Part shown: piece by piece, positions 29,306 to 37,082 of the stretch | Position numbering within the stretch: the first letter of the stretch is position 1 | Layout of the letters: each line of letters starts with the position of its first letter | Notes under the pieces: generated by a model | What the model was told of the DNA's origin: nothing | The model's database searches: none | What the model saw: only the letters and a program-made list of their open reading frames with translations | Program-made: the position numbers and the translations under genes | IMG/VR virus record: IMGVR_UViG_3300031669_000108 | Span: 1 to 37,256 of that record | Direction: 5' to 3' (one strand) | DNA: 37,256 nt | Source: a virus

Positions 29306-30198
29306 GTATATTACTAGAAGAACAAAAAAGAGCTGGTTATGTTGGTAGATTTGGAATACCATACTTAGATGATAAGCTAGGTTATATACTTGCAACAGAT
29401 TTTATTCTTGCAGGAGCTAGAAGTGGAGCAGGTAAGACAACAATATCAACTATTATAGCAATGGCAAATAAAGACAATAAGGTATGTTTATTTAGTTTAG
29501 AAAACTTTGCAAATGATTCTTTATTACAAGAAGCTTATGCTATTTATTGTAAATTAAACAAAAAATATGATTTAAGTTTAAGACAAATACTTTCTAGTAA
29601 GCATAATGAAGAAGTTAATTGGGATGTTTGGGAAAAAGCAGAATGTCAAGCTAAAGAAAAATTTGAACATATAAGATTGATTAGTCGTAGTGATGGTTAT
29701 AACTTAGAAAATTTAAAAAGAGATTGGGAGCAAGCAGTAGCAGATGGTTATAAATTAATAATATTAGACCATATAGACTATTTAGACAAAGTAAATGCTG
29801 GTGATAGTGATGTTATGCATATCTCCGAAATATGTAAAGAAATAAGGAAAATACAAAACAAAACACCTTGTGGACTATTTGCACTATCACATTTAAGAAA
29901 AACAGTTAGTAAAGAGCCACCAGCAGTCCCAAGTATTGATGAGTTTATAGGTTCAAGTAATAAAGTAAAAGAAGCAACTTGTGTATTAATGTTCGCACCT
30001 AACGACAAGAGAAATGAGGAAATTTTAAAAGATACAGGAAATGAGAATTTAAAATCAACCTTTTGTTGTATAAGAAAACTTAGGAATGGTGGTTTTAGTA
30101 ATAAAGTAGGTATAATGTATTTCAATAGAAATAAAAATAACTATGAATCAGATTATCAAGAAAAAATAGTTAGTTATAGTGGGGAGGTAAAAGAATGA
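29302..30198 (+). CDS. DnaB-type replicative helicase, RecA-like C-terminal core only
   Basis: GIPYLDDKLGYILATDFILAGARSGAGKTT (Walker A) and LIILDHIDYL (Walker B). At 298 aa it lacks the DnaB N-terminal domain. Confidence 0.7.
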   Translation: MSILLEEQKRAGYVGRFGIPYLDDKLGYILATDFILAGARSGAGKTTISTIIAMANKDNKVCLFSLENFANDSLLQEAYAIYCKLNKKYDLSLRQILSSKHNEEVNWDVWEKAECQAKEKFEHIRLISRSDGYNLENLKRDWEQAVADGYKLIILDHIDYLDKVNAGDSDVMHISEICKEIRKIQNKTPCGLFALSHLRKTVSKEPPAVPSIDEFIGSSNKVKEATCVLMFAPNDKRNEEILKDTGNENLKSTFCCIRKLRNGGFSNKVGIMYFNRNKNNYESDYQEKIVSYSGEVKE

Positions 30199-30506
30199 AA
30201 GATAAACTAGGATTTATATGTTCTGCTAGTTATGGAGATAGAGCTAATATACCGAAAGACTTTTGGGAAGAGCAAGAGAATAGAACTGATAGTAAATATA
30301 TATGCTTTCATAAAAGGTTAATAATTGGAGATTGGTTTAAACTGGCTGAATATTTGCCTGAATTTATAAAATGGCAAGAGGAGTTTATAACAGATTTAGA
30401 AGATTTAAAAGCAATAGGAGATGTTAATATATTTTTAAGAGAAAAGATTGAAGAAAATATTATAATATTTCAAACTAAATACTTACAACCATATATAGAT
30501 TTTTAA
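30195..30506 (+). CDS. Hypothetical protein (103 aa)
   Basis: ORF track. ATGA overlap with the helicase stop. Confidence 0.55.
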   Translation: MKDKLGFICSASYGDRANIPKDFWEEQENRTDSKYICFHKRLIIGDWFKLAEYLPEFIKWQEEFITDLEDLKAIGDVNIFLREKIEENIIIFQTKYLQPYIDF

Positions 30507-30519
30507 GGAGGGTTAGAAA

Positions 30520-30729
30520 ATGGCATTAAGAAAATTAAAAGACATATTACTAGATGGAGATAATAGAGAAATGAAAGCCTATCGTAGAAAGTTAACAGCA
30601 TATAAGCATAAGTTGGCAAAAGACATCTATGCAGAAGATGAAAGACTAGGTGTTGAAGAAAATATTAGATTAATCAATGAAAAAATAAAGGAGCAAAACA
30701 ATGCAACTAAATATATGTATAAACCATAA
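30520..30729 (+). CDS. Hypothetical protein (69 aa)
   Basis: ORF track, with aaggaggg upstream. Confidence 0.55.
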   Translation: MALRKLKDILLDGDNREMKAYRRKLTAYKHKLAKDIYAEDERLGVEENIRLINEKIKEQNNATKYMYKP

Positions 30730-30898
30730 CAAGCCAGAGCAACCTAAATATAAGTGGATAGATTGCAAGCCAGCTTATTGTAAAACAGGTAAGACTTGGG
30801 GAAAGAAAATAAAAGTAGAATATATATCTCCATATACAGGAGAAGTAAAAGAATCTTATTTTAGCAAAAAAAGGATTAGATATGATTCGGGGCAATAA
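30701..30898 (+). CDS. Hypothetical basic protein (65 aa)
   Basis: ORF track, with aaggag 8 nt upstream. Confidence 0.5.
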   Translation: MQLNICINHNKPEQPKYKWIDCKPAYCKTGKTWGKKIKVEYISPYTGEVKESYFSKKRIRYDSGQ

Positions 30899-31334
30899 AG
30901 AATTTATGAAACAATGGATTATGCACCCACTACTAAGAAAAAAGATTAAAGAATATAAATCAGATGATCTTGTATGTGATATAATGGTTTATTCAACTTG
31001 GTTAAGTAATCAACAAAACAAAACATTCCATACATTATTATCTTGTTATTGGTCTAGTGGTTGTTGTAGTGATGAAGACTATGAAGCATTAAGAAGCAGG
31101 TTTAAAAAACTTGTAGGACTTATAACTGTTAGTGAAACAACAGCAGGAAATTATAAGGTAATACAAGAAAAAGAGGTTTCGTGGTCTAAGGTTAAAAAAG
31201 AAGATGCTACGATAGCAATAAAATCTTTAATAGATGAAATGTTTGAAAGTGGAGTAAACACTCCAGCATTTCAAAGAATAATGATAGGATTAGGGGATAT
31301 ATTCCCTGATGCAAAGGTAGGTAGAAATGAGTAA
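30882..31334 (+). CDS. NinB/Orf-like recombination mediator (tentative)
   Basis: SNQQNKTFHTLLSCYW... and ...VSWSKVKKEDATIAIKSLIDEMFESGVN loosely parallel lambda NinB (SLDQNRKLWACLGDV...STSRMRVGEFAELLELIQAFGTERGV). Confidence 0.3.
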   Translation: MIRGNKEFMKQWIMHPLLRKKIKEYKSDDLVCDIMVYSTWLSNQQNKTFHTLLSCYWSSGCCSDEDYEALRSRFKKLVGLITVSETTAGNYKVIQEKEVSWSKVKKEDATIAIKSLIDEMFESGVNTPAFQRIMIGLGDIFPDAKVGRNE

Positions 31335-31641
31335 TTTTAAAAAAGAAAGAATACAAGATAAACAATGGCTGGCTTTTGCTAAAGAAATGAATTGTATGTT
31401 TTGCAGAGTAAAAAACGATACTGTTATAATGCACCATATAAGAGCAGGAGGTGGTGGAGGTATGGGAATGAAACCATCTGATAACCTCGTTGTCCCGACT
31501 TGTTTTTTATGTCATTCAGAAATAGAGCGAATCGGAGAAATACCTTTTTATAAACAATACAATTTTACAGTTCCTGAGCTTAAAAGTATAGCAATAAATA
31601 TGTATGAAAGATATATATACAATAAAAGTAAAAATAATTAA
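31327..31641 (+). CDS. DUF968-like His-Cys box protein (putative nuclease)
   Basis: MHHIRAGGGGGMGMKPSDNLVVPTCFLCHSEIERIG fits the HH...G.G.KPsD..vvPLC..CH pattern of DUF968/NinG-neighbourhood proteins. Confidence 0.4.
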   Translation: MSNFKKERIQDKQWLAFAKEMNCMFCRVKNDTVIMHHIRAGGGGGMGMKPSDNLVVPTCFLCHSEIERIGEIPFYKQYNFTVPELKSIAINMYERYIYNKSKNN

Positions 31642-31649
31642 TAAAAAGC

Positions 31650-31727
31650 TTGCAATTTATTTAAATATGCTTTAACTTGTATATATACCGATTCGGTATT
31701 AAACAAAATTAAGAAAGGGAAAATCTT
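31650..31727 (+). promoter_or_regulatory. Early promoter/leader cassette 2 (TTGCAA-17-TAACTT, TGTATATA, CGATTCGG, AAAGGGAAAA SD)
   Basis: Near-identical core to cassette 1: gctttaacttgtatatata(t/c)cgattcgg. Confidence 0.55.
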
Positions 31728-32318
31728 ATGGAAAAAATAGATGTATCAATGTATAAAGACTATGCTCTATTAAGAGAAAGTATAGGAACTTTACAGAAGA
31801 GTGGTGTTAATCCTCATTTTAAAAATACTTATGTTGAATTAAATACTGCTTTACAAGAGGTAGATAAACATATCGGAGAAAATAATTTTATATGTTTCAT
31901 TCAAGCACCAATAACTATTGATGGGAAAAATTATCTTAATACTAAATTGATTCATAATACAGGAAGTTTTATTGAAGCAAACTTAGAGTTATTAACAGTA
32001 AGGGTAGACCCACAAATGTTAGGTTCATCTTTAACTTATGCAAGAAGAAATAGTTTATTAACGGTTCTTGGATTACAAGCTACTGATGATGATGGAGAAG
32101 ATAGCTCTGGTAGAGGTAAAATAGGAGAAAAGGAAAAAGCTAAGCTTGAAAAAGAAAAGAAAAAAAGAGAATTATTTGAAAAGTTAAAAGCTTGTAAAAC
32201 AGTTGAAGCTATTGATGTTATAGTTGATAGTCTTGAAGAAAAAGTAAAAACAGAAAAATTTATAGTAACTATAAATAAATTAAAAGAAAAAATAGGAGAA
32301 AAAGAAGATGTTAAATAA
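31728..32318 (+). CDS. erf: ERF-family single-strand annealing protein
   Basis: GVNPHFKNTYVELNTALQEV and PQMLGSSLTYARRNSLLTVLGLQATDDDGE match ERF hallmarks (NPHFKskYa.L...; Q..GSalTYaRRY.L...G....DDDG). Confidence 0.8.
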   Translation: MEKIDVSMYKDYALLRESIGTLQKSGVNPHFKNTYVELNTALQEVDKHIGENNFICFIQAPITIDGKNYLNTKLIHNTGSFIEANLELLTVRVDPQMLGSSLTYARRNSLLTVLGLQATDDDGEDSSGRGKIGEKEKAKLEKEKKKRELFEKLKACKTVEAIDVIVDSLEEKVKTEKFIVTINKLKEKIGEKEDVK

Positions 32319-32733
32319 AGTAATGTTAATTGGTAGAGTAGGTAAAGATCCTGAAATAAGAAGTTTTCAAAACGGTGGTAGAGTGGCTAATTTTTCATTA
32401 GCTACATCTGATAAATGGAAAGATAAAACTACTGGAGAAAATAAAGAAAAAACAGAATGGCATAATATACAAGTTTTTGGTGGATTAGTTTCTGTAATTG
32501 AAAATTATTGTAGCAAAGGAACTATGTTATATCTTGAAGGGGCTTTACAAACTAGAAGTTATGAAACTAACTCAGGAGAAAAAAAGTATATAACTGAAGT
32601 TGTTTTAAATGGATTTGGAAACAAACTAAATATATTAAGTTCTAAAGATGACAATAAAGTAAATAATAAAGAAGTTAAACAAGAAAAGTCTAATTATGAA
32701 GAAAATGATTTTGATGATGACATCCCATTTTAA
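32308..32733 (+). CDS. ssb: Single-stranded DNA-binding protein
   Basis: MLNKVMLIGRVGKDPEIRSFQNGGRVANFSLATSDKWKDK...TEWHNIQVFG OB-fold, with the acidic tail ending DFDDDIPF. Confidence 0.92.
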   Translation: MLNKVMLIGRVGKDPEIRSFQNGGRVANFSLATSDKWKDKTTGENKEKTEWHNIQVFGGLVSVIENYCSKGTMLYLEGALQTRSYETNSGEKKYITEVVLNGFGNKLNILSSKDDNKVNNKEVKQEKSNYEENDFDDDIPF

Positions 32734-32744
32734 GGAGGAATACT

Positions 32745-33038
32745 ATGGAAGATAAGATGAAAAACAAAAAAATAATAACAGAGAAATTTGAGAAAATGCT
32801 AAAAGCTTGCAGATTAACTAAAAAGAATGCTTCAGTTATGCTAGCAACAACATATTTCACATATTATGAGAATCGAAAAGGAAAAACTAAGAGAAAAACA
32901 TTGTCTAAATATATGCTTTTGTATTTACTTTGTGAATTTTTCGTTAAGAAAAAGGATTTTAAGACAATCACAGATATTATGAAAGACACTGAAAGCTGGG
33001 AAGACAAAGGGATTGAGTTCTTAGATAAAAATAAATAG
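32745..33038 (+). CDS. Possible HTH regulator (97 aa)
   Basis: LKACRLTKKNASVMLATTYFTYYENRKG loosely resembles an XRE-type HTH. Strong SD taaggagg. Confidence 0.3.
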   Translation: MEDKMKNKKIITEKFEKMLKACRLTKKNASVMLATTYFTYYENRKGKTKRKTLSKYMLLYLLCEFFVKKKDFKTITDIMKDTESWEDKGIEFLDKNK

Positions 33039-33045
33039 TTTTTAC

Positions 33046-33119
33046 TTGCATAATATAAATATATACTTTATATTGTATATAAGGCGATTCGGAAAAACAA
33101 AACTAAGAAAGGGAAAATT
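33046..33119 (+). promoter_or_regulatory. Early promoter/leader cassette 3 (TTGCAT-17-TATATT, TGTATATA, CGATTCGG, AAAGGGAAAA SD)
   Basis: tttacTTGCATaatataaatatatacttTATATTgtatataaggCGATTCGGaaaaacaaaactaagaaagggaaaattATG. Confidence 0.55.
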
Positions 33120-33566
33120 ATGACAAAAGAAATAAACTTATTAGACTTAAAGGTTGGAGATACTATATTAACTAAAAGATTTGATAGTCTTAATGTTTTT
33201 GAATCAAAGGTAGTAAAAATATCTAAAATGTATACTTGGTTTGATAGAATGTTAGATGGTAATTTTATTAGTAAACTAAGAATACTAAATTCTACTATTT
33301 ATAATCAACATAAAAATAATACAGATGATGTTTTTATTGGAAAACAAAAAGATAGTTATACTAATATGTATTCTTACAATCTTTTGACAAAAAAAGGATT
33401 AGAAATTTTAGTTAATGCAGAACAAAAAAATATTAAAGATAAGTTTGATTGTAAAATATTAAAACTTAAAGAAGAAATTAAAAGATTAGAAATATTAAAA
33501 AATGAAGAATGCGAATTACAAGAAAAAATGTTTAATTATAAAGAAATAACAAACAAGGAGATTTAA
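33120..33566 (+). CDS. Hypothetical protein (148 aa, C-terminal coiled coil)
   Basis: ORF track, preceded by the cassette 3 SD. Confidence 0.6.
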   Translation: MTKEINLLDLKVGDTILTKRFDSLNVFESKVVKISKMYTWFDRMLDGNFISKLRILNSTIYNQHKNNTDDVFIGKQKDSYTNMYSYNLLTKKGLEILVNAEQKNIKDKFDCKILKLKEEIKRLEILKNEECELQEKMFNYKEITNKEI

Positions 33567-33568
33567 TT

Positions 33569-33667
33569 ATGAAAATATTATATAAAAACAATCTATATCC
33601 TTATAATTGGATTACTAGAAAACTATTAAAGAATGGGCTAGTAGTAAATCTAGTTAAAGGGTGGTAG
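33569..33667 (+). CDS. Possible mini-protein (32 aa)
   Basis: MKILYKNNLYPYNWITRKLLKNGLVVNLVKGW, with aaggag upstream. Fills the gap exactly. Confidence 0.3.
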   Translation: MKILYKNNLYPYNWITRKLLKNGLVVNLVKGW

Positions 33668-33668
33668 T

Positions 33669-33824
33669 ATGCGATATAAAGCAGAAAATAAGATACTAAG
33701 ATCATTGCTAATAAGAATATATAAGATAGCAGTAAAACAATATAAAAAGACACATAGTGAATTAGCATTTAAGATTATAAGAGAATTTACTAGAGTTGAT
33801 TTAAAATGGGAGAAAACAAAATGA
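33669..33824 (+). CDS. Possible small basic protein (51 aa)
   Basis: MRYKAENKILRSLLIRIYKIAVKQYKKTHSELAFKIIREF... ATGA overlap with the next gene. Confidence 0.35.
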   Translation: MRYKAENKILRSLLIRIYKIAVKQYKKTHSELAFKIIREFTRVDLKWEKTK

Positions 33825-34240
33825 AAAGAACAATGAAAGAAGCTATATTACAAGGCAAGGACTTTGAGTTTGATAACAGGACATTTAACAAGAATGAAGA
33901 TGGAGAATATAGTTCATTTGAAACCATAGCAACAAATATGTCAATGTTTAGAACTTTAAAACCAACATATCTACTAGAAAACCAAGATAAGCTAGTAGAA
34001 GTAAAAGACAACTACTGGGATTCGGAAGGTAGGGCTATTAGAGAGCTTGAAGAAGGTATGAAGTTTTATGTGCCTATGAATGAAAGTGACTCATTAGAAC
34101 AGATTTGGGGAAATAAATATCATAGCTACAAAATTTTCTTTAACACTGGCAACTGTTTCAAAGACAAAGAATCAGCAGAAGCAGAACTAACAAGATTAAA
34201 ACAAAAACAAAAAGAAAGAATGGCACAAAATGACAAATAA
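33821..34240 (+). CDS. Hypothetical protein (139 aa)
   Basis: ORF track 33806-34240. ATG 33821 gives an ATGA coupling overlap. Confidence 0.6.
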   Translation: MKRTMKEAILQGKDFEFDNRTFNKNEDGEYSSFETIATNMSMFRTLKPTYLLENQDKLVEVKDNYWDSEGRAIRELEEGMKFYVPMNESDSLEQIWGNKYHSYKIFFNTGNCFKDKESAEAELTRLKQKQKERMAQNDK

Positions 34241-34379
34241 AAACGACACACTAACAAAAGGATTAAGTGATATACTAGATCAAATGAAAGCAAGTAAAAT
34301 AACAAAAGAAGATTTAATAGAATCTCAAGAAGTAGTATTACAGATTGCAGATTTAATTGATAAAAGATTGGGGGAGTAG
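34230..34379 (+). CDS. Possible small protein (49 aa)
   Basis: MTNKNDTLTKGLSDILDQMKASKITKEDLIESQEVVLQIADLIDKRLGE. Overlaps the previous stop. Confidence 0.4.
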   Translation: MTNKNDTLTKGLSDILDQMKASKITKEDLIESQEVVLQIADLIDKRLGE

Positions 34380-34380
34380 G

Positions 34381-34539
34381 ATGCTAAAAATAAATTTATT
34401 TTCTTTTTTTGAAACTATGTTTTTTGGATTTATAGGTATAATTATATTAGGTGATAATTGTGATTTTATGTTTTTGTTAGGTGTTATATTATATAATTTA
34501 ATAATTATAAAGAATATTATATTTAATAAAGGAGTATAA
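34381..34539 (+). CDS. Small two-TM membrane protein (52 aa)
   Basis: MLKINLFSFFETMFFGFIGIIILGDNCDFMFLLGVILYNLIII, with gggggag upstream. Confidence 0.45.
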   Translation: MLKINLFSFFETMFFGFIGIIILGDNCDFMFLLGVILYNLIIIKNIIFNKGV

Positions 34540-34574
34540 ACAATGCACTTATACGATAGAGTAGTAAATTGGAT

Positions 34575-34596
34575 ATTAGAAAGGTTAGGGTTATGA
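34575..34596 (+). repeat. Gene-junction repeat attagaaaggttagggttatga (second copy 35050-35071)
   Basis: The identical 22-mer provides the RBS and ATG for CDS 34593 and CDS 35068. Confidence 0.85.
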
Positions 34597-34763
34597 GTAA
34601 AAGAATTCATTGCGATGTATGTGAAAAGATTATAGAGAGTGGTTGTTATTCACTACCTAGCAAAGAGGATTGCGATAATATAAAAGATGCAAACAAATAT
34701 GATGTATGTTATAGCTGTTATAATATATATGAGAAGGTTAAAGCTTTTGAACAACTAAAATAG
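34593..34763 (+). CDS. Small zinc-ribbon protein (56 aa)
   Basis: MSKRIHCDVCEKIIESGCYS...VCYSCYNIYEK. The start is chosen at the ATG within the repeated RBS (ORF track gives 34569). Confidence 0.55.
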   Translation: MSKRIHCDVCEKIIESGCYSLPSKEDCDNIKDANKYDVCYSCYNIYEKVKAFEQLK

Positions 34764-34775
34764 GAGGATATTATG
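34750..34775 (+). repeat. Gene-junction repeat aacaactaaaataggaggata(ttatg), with copies at 34915-34940 and 35690-35710 and variants at 35041-35050 and 36282-36290
   Basis: The same ~21-26-mer (C-terminal ..QLK codons, stop and AGGAGG SD) closes three or more consecutive cassettes. Confidence 0.85.
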
Positions 34776-34916
34776 AGAAAATGGAAAGAAATAGAAACTT
34801 GGTTATTTATGAAATGGTATAAGCTAGATTATTGTGAAGAATGCAATACAATGGTTTATAAAGGAACAAGGCTTTGTAATATATGTGATGCTTATCGAAA
34901 TCATACAACAATTTAA
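34773..34916 (+). CDS. Small zinc-ribbon protein (47 aa)
   Basis: MRKWKEIETWLFMKWYKLDYCEECNTMVYKGTRLCNICDAYRNHTTI, with a strong AGGAGG SD. Confidence 0.5.
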   Translation: MRKWKEIETWLFMKWYKLDYCEECNTMVYKGTRLCNICDAYRNHTTI

Positions 34917-34937
34917 CAACTAAAATAGGAGGATATT

Positions 34938-35027
34938 ATGAAGGATATTATAAAGATTATATTACAACAGCTTATATATTTATTAGCAGGAGTTGGGATT
35001 GCATACATATACATCAATGTGTTTTAA
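34938..35027 (+). CDS. Possible 29-aa membrane peptide
   Basis: MKDIIKIILQQLIYLLAGVGIAYIYINVF, with a strong AGGAGG SD. Confidence 0.35.
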   Translation: MKDIIKIILQQLIYLLAGVGIAYIYINVF

Positions 35028-35067
35028 AACAACAGAATTTAACAACTAAATTAGAAAGGTTAGGGTT

Positions 35068-35703
35068 ATGAAGATATTATTAGCTTGTGAGGAATCGCAA
35101 ACAGTATGTAAAGAATTTAGAAAATTAGGACACGAGGCTTATTCTTGCGATATATTGCCTTGTAGTGGAGGAAAACCAGAATGGCATATACAAGGAGATG
35201 TTTTGCCTTTATTGAAAGAGAAATGGGATTTAATTATAGCATTCCCACCTTGCACATATATATCAAATGCAGGAGCTTGCAGACTTTACCCTAAAAAAGG
35301 AGAGTTAAATATTGAAAGATATGAAAAAGGTTTAGATGCAAAAAAGTTTTTTATGGAGATATATAATGCAGATTGTGAGCATATTGCAATAGAAAATCCA
35401 GTTTCAAGTCTAGTATTTAATATGCCTAAACATACACAAGAAATACAACCTTATGAGTTTGGACATCCTTATAGTAAAAAAACTAGACTATGGTTAAAAG
35501 GTTTGCCAGATTTAAAATCTACTAATTTAATCAGAGATAATATAGTAAGTTGGGTGTCTGGTGGTTCTAAAGACCAATATGGTAATCCAAGAAAAAATAA
35601 AGGTACTAAAGCCAGAAGTTCTATATTAAGAAGCAAAACATTTCAAGGTATAGCAGAAGCAATGGCTAAACAATGGTCGGAATATTTAAAACAACTAAAA
35701 TAG
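35068..35703 (+). CDS. Minimal DNA (cytosine-5) methyltransferase-like protein (no canonical motif I or TRD)
   Basis: DLIIAFPPCTYISNAG (motif IV-like PC) and HIAIENPVSS (motif VI-like EN.). The N-terminus ILLACEESQTV replaces FxGxGG. Only 211 aa. Confidence 0.5.
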   Translation: MKILLACEESQTVCKEFRKLGHEAYSCDILPCSGGKPEWHIQGDVLPLLKEKWDLIIAFPPCTYISNAGACRLYPKKGELNIERYEKGLDAKKFFMEIYNADCEHIAIENPVSSLVFNMPKHTQEIQPYEFGHPYSKKTRLWLKGLPDLKSTNLIRDNIVSWVSGGSKDQYGNPRKNKGTKARSSILRSKTFQGIAEAMAKQWSEYLKQLK

Positions 35704-35712
35704 GAGGATACA

Positions 35713-36147
35713 ATGGAAGATAGATTTAAGTTTAGAGTTTGGATTAAGTTTCAAATAGGAGAGTTAATATCAGAATGTATAGAAACAGAGGCTAGTTGGT
35801 ATTTATTATCACAATCTGGAGATTTATACAAACACAATCCTATGGAGCCAATAGAAAAGGTAGAAATAGGTAAAAATGGGATTATAGATTTTAAGATTAT
35901 TAAATGCACAGGATTAAAGGATAAGAAAGAATCTAAAGATGTTTATTTTAATGATAAAGTTAGGGTTAGAAAAAACGGAAAAAGAATATTTGAAAGTGTA
36001 ATTTCTTGGGATAGATATAGAATTGTTGCCCTTGAAGATGATAGTAATATGTATAAAGATAAATATATTAAACATTCTATGGATAAAATAGAAATATTAG
36101 AAATAATAGGAAACATCCACACAGAGAAAGGAAACAATGATGAGTGA
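35713..36147 (+). CDS. YopX-family protein
   Basis: FKFRVW..., CTGLKDKKESKDVYFNDKV and EIIGNIHTEKG match the YopX pattern (KFRaW...TGLkDKnGkeIyeGDi...iGNIyEn). Confidence 0.6.
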   Translation: MEDRFKFRVWIKFQIGELISECIETEASWYLLSQSGDLYKHNPMEPIEKVEIGKNGIIDFKIIKCTGLKDKKESKDVYFNDKVRVRKNGKRIFESVISWDRYRIVALEDDSNMYKDKYIKHSMDKIEILEIIGNIHTEKGNNDE

Positions 36148-36310
36148 AAGAAGAAAACATAAATCTAAAAGAAAGCCTTATGGTTTATTAAAAGGGTGGT
36201 CTTATTCTGATTGTGATAGTTTCATTGAAACTTTTGTTAATAAGAAATTTGCTAGAGTATTGGGTAAAAAGGATATTGCAAAACAACTAAAGGAATCCAC
36301 CAATGATTAA
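36137..36310 (+). CDS. Small basic protein (57 aa)
   Basis: MMSERRKHKSKRKPYGLLKGWSYSDCDSFIETFVNKKFARVLGKKDIAKQLKESTND. Overlaps the YopX stop. Below the ORF-track cutoff. Confidence 0.4.
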   Translation: MMSERRKHKSKRKPYGLLKGWSYSDCDSFIETFVNKKFARVLGKKDIAKQLKESTND

Positions 36311-36347
36311 GCTACTAAAAAGACACTATAACAGGAAAGGATATTAA
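36303..36347 (+). repeat. Junction repeat copy a, also a 14-codon mini-ORF (MIKLLKRHYNRKGY), abutting the MTase ATG
   Basis: atgattaagctactaaaaagacactataacaggaaaggatattaa. Its first 19 nt equal 37079-37097. Overall it matches 81-149 with a 22-23-nt internal gap. Confidence 0.7.
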
Positions 36348-37082
36348 ATGATTAAATTATATAATGGAGATTGCTTAGAAGTAATGGATAAACTTATTGC
36401 AGATGGTGTTAAAGTTGATGCTATTATAACAGACCCACCTTATGGAACTACTGCCTGCAAGTGGGATTCTGTTATACCTTTTGATGAAATGTGGGAACGA
36501 TTAAACAAGCTGATTAAAGATAATGGTGCTATTGTCTTATTTGGCAGTGAACCTTTTAGTAGTGCTTTGAGAATGAGCAATATCAAGAATTATAAATATG
36601 ATTGGGTGTGGAAAAAAAGCAGACCTTCAGGAGCAATGAATGCAAAAAAACAACCATTAAGAGATTTAGAGAATATATCAATTTTTTACGACAAACAATC
36701 AACTTATAACCCACAAGGAACAATAGATTGCAACATTACACATAATATAACAGAAGGTAGAGCAAAAAATGGTGGTATTTTGGGAACTAATGGTAAAAAG
36801 GTTGGAGAACATAAGCAGTTAAAGTCTAATTATCCTAGACAAGTTTTAGAATTTGCAAGTGTCCATAATGTAGGCTCACATCCAACACAAAAGCCAGTAG
36901 CTTTAATGGAATATCTAATAAAGACATATACAAATGAATGCGAGTTAGTCCTAGACTTCACAGCAGGCAGTTTTTCAACTGGTGTTGCCTGTCTTAATAC
37001 TAATAGACAATTTATCGGAATTGAAAAAGATGCGAAATACTTTAATATAGCAAAAGATAGAATAGAAAGTCAGTTATTATGA
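36348..37082 (+). CDS. DNA methyltransferase, beta-class N6-adenine / N4-cytosine (DPPY)
   Basis: LYNGDCLEVM...DAIITDPPYG (motif IV) at the N-terminus and VLDFTAGSFSTGVAC...FIGIEKD (motif I) at the C-terminus, as in the PF01555-type family. Confidence 0.88.
   Translation: MIKLYNGDCLEVMDKLIADGVKVDAIITDPPYGTTACKWDSVIPFDEMWERLNKLIKDNGAIVLFGSEPFSSALRMSNIKNYKYDWVWKKSRPSGAMNAKKQPLRDLENISIFYDKQSTYNPQGTIDCNITHNITEGRAKNGGILGTNGKKVGEHKQLKSNYPRQVLEFASVHNVGSHPTQKPVALMEYLIKTYTNECELVLDFTAGSFSTGVACLNTNRQFIGIEKDAKYFNIAKDRIESQLL

Noticed and set aside
27661-34240. Search for a lysogeny module (integrase, CI/Cro-type switch, excisionase)
   Set aside because: No tyrosine or serine recombinase motifs were recognised, and there is no divergent promoter pair between oppositely oriented regulators, since all genes are on one strand. 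The only HTH-like candidate (32745-33038) is weak.
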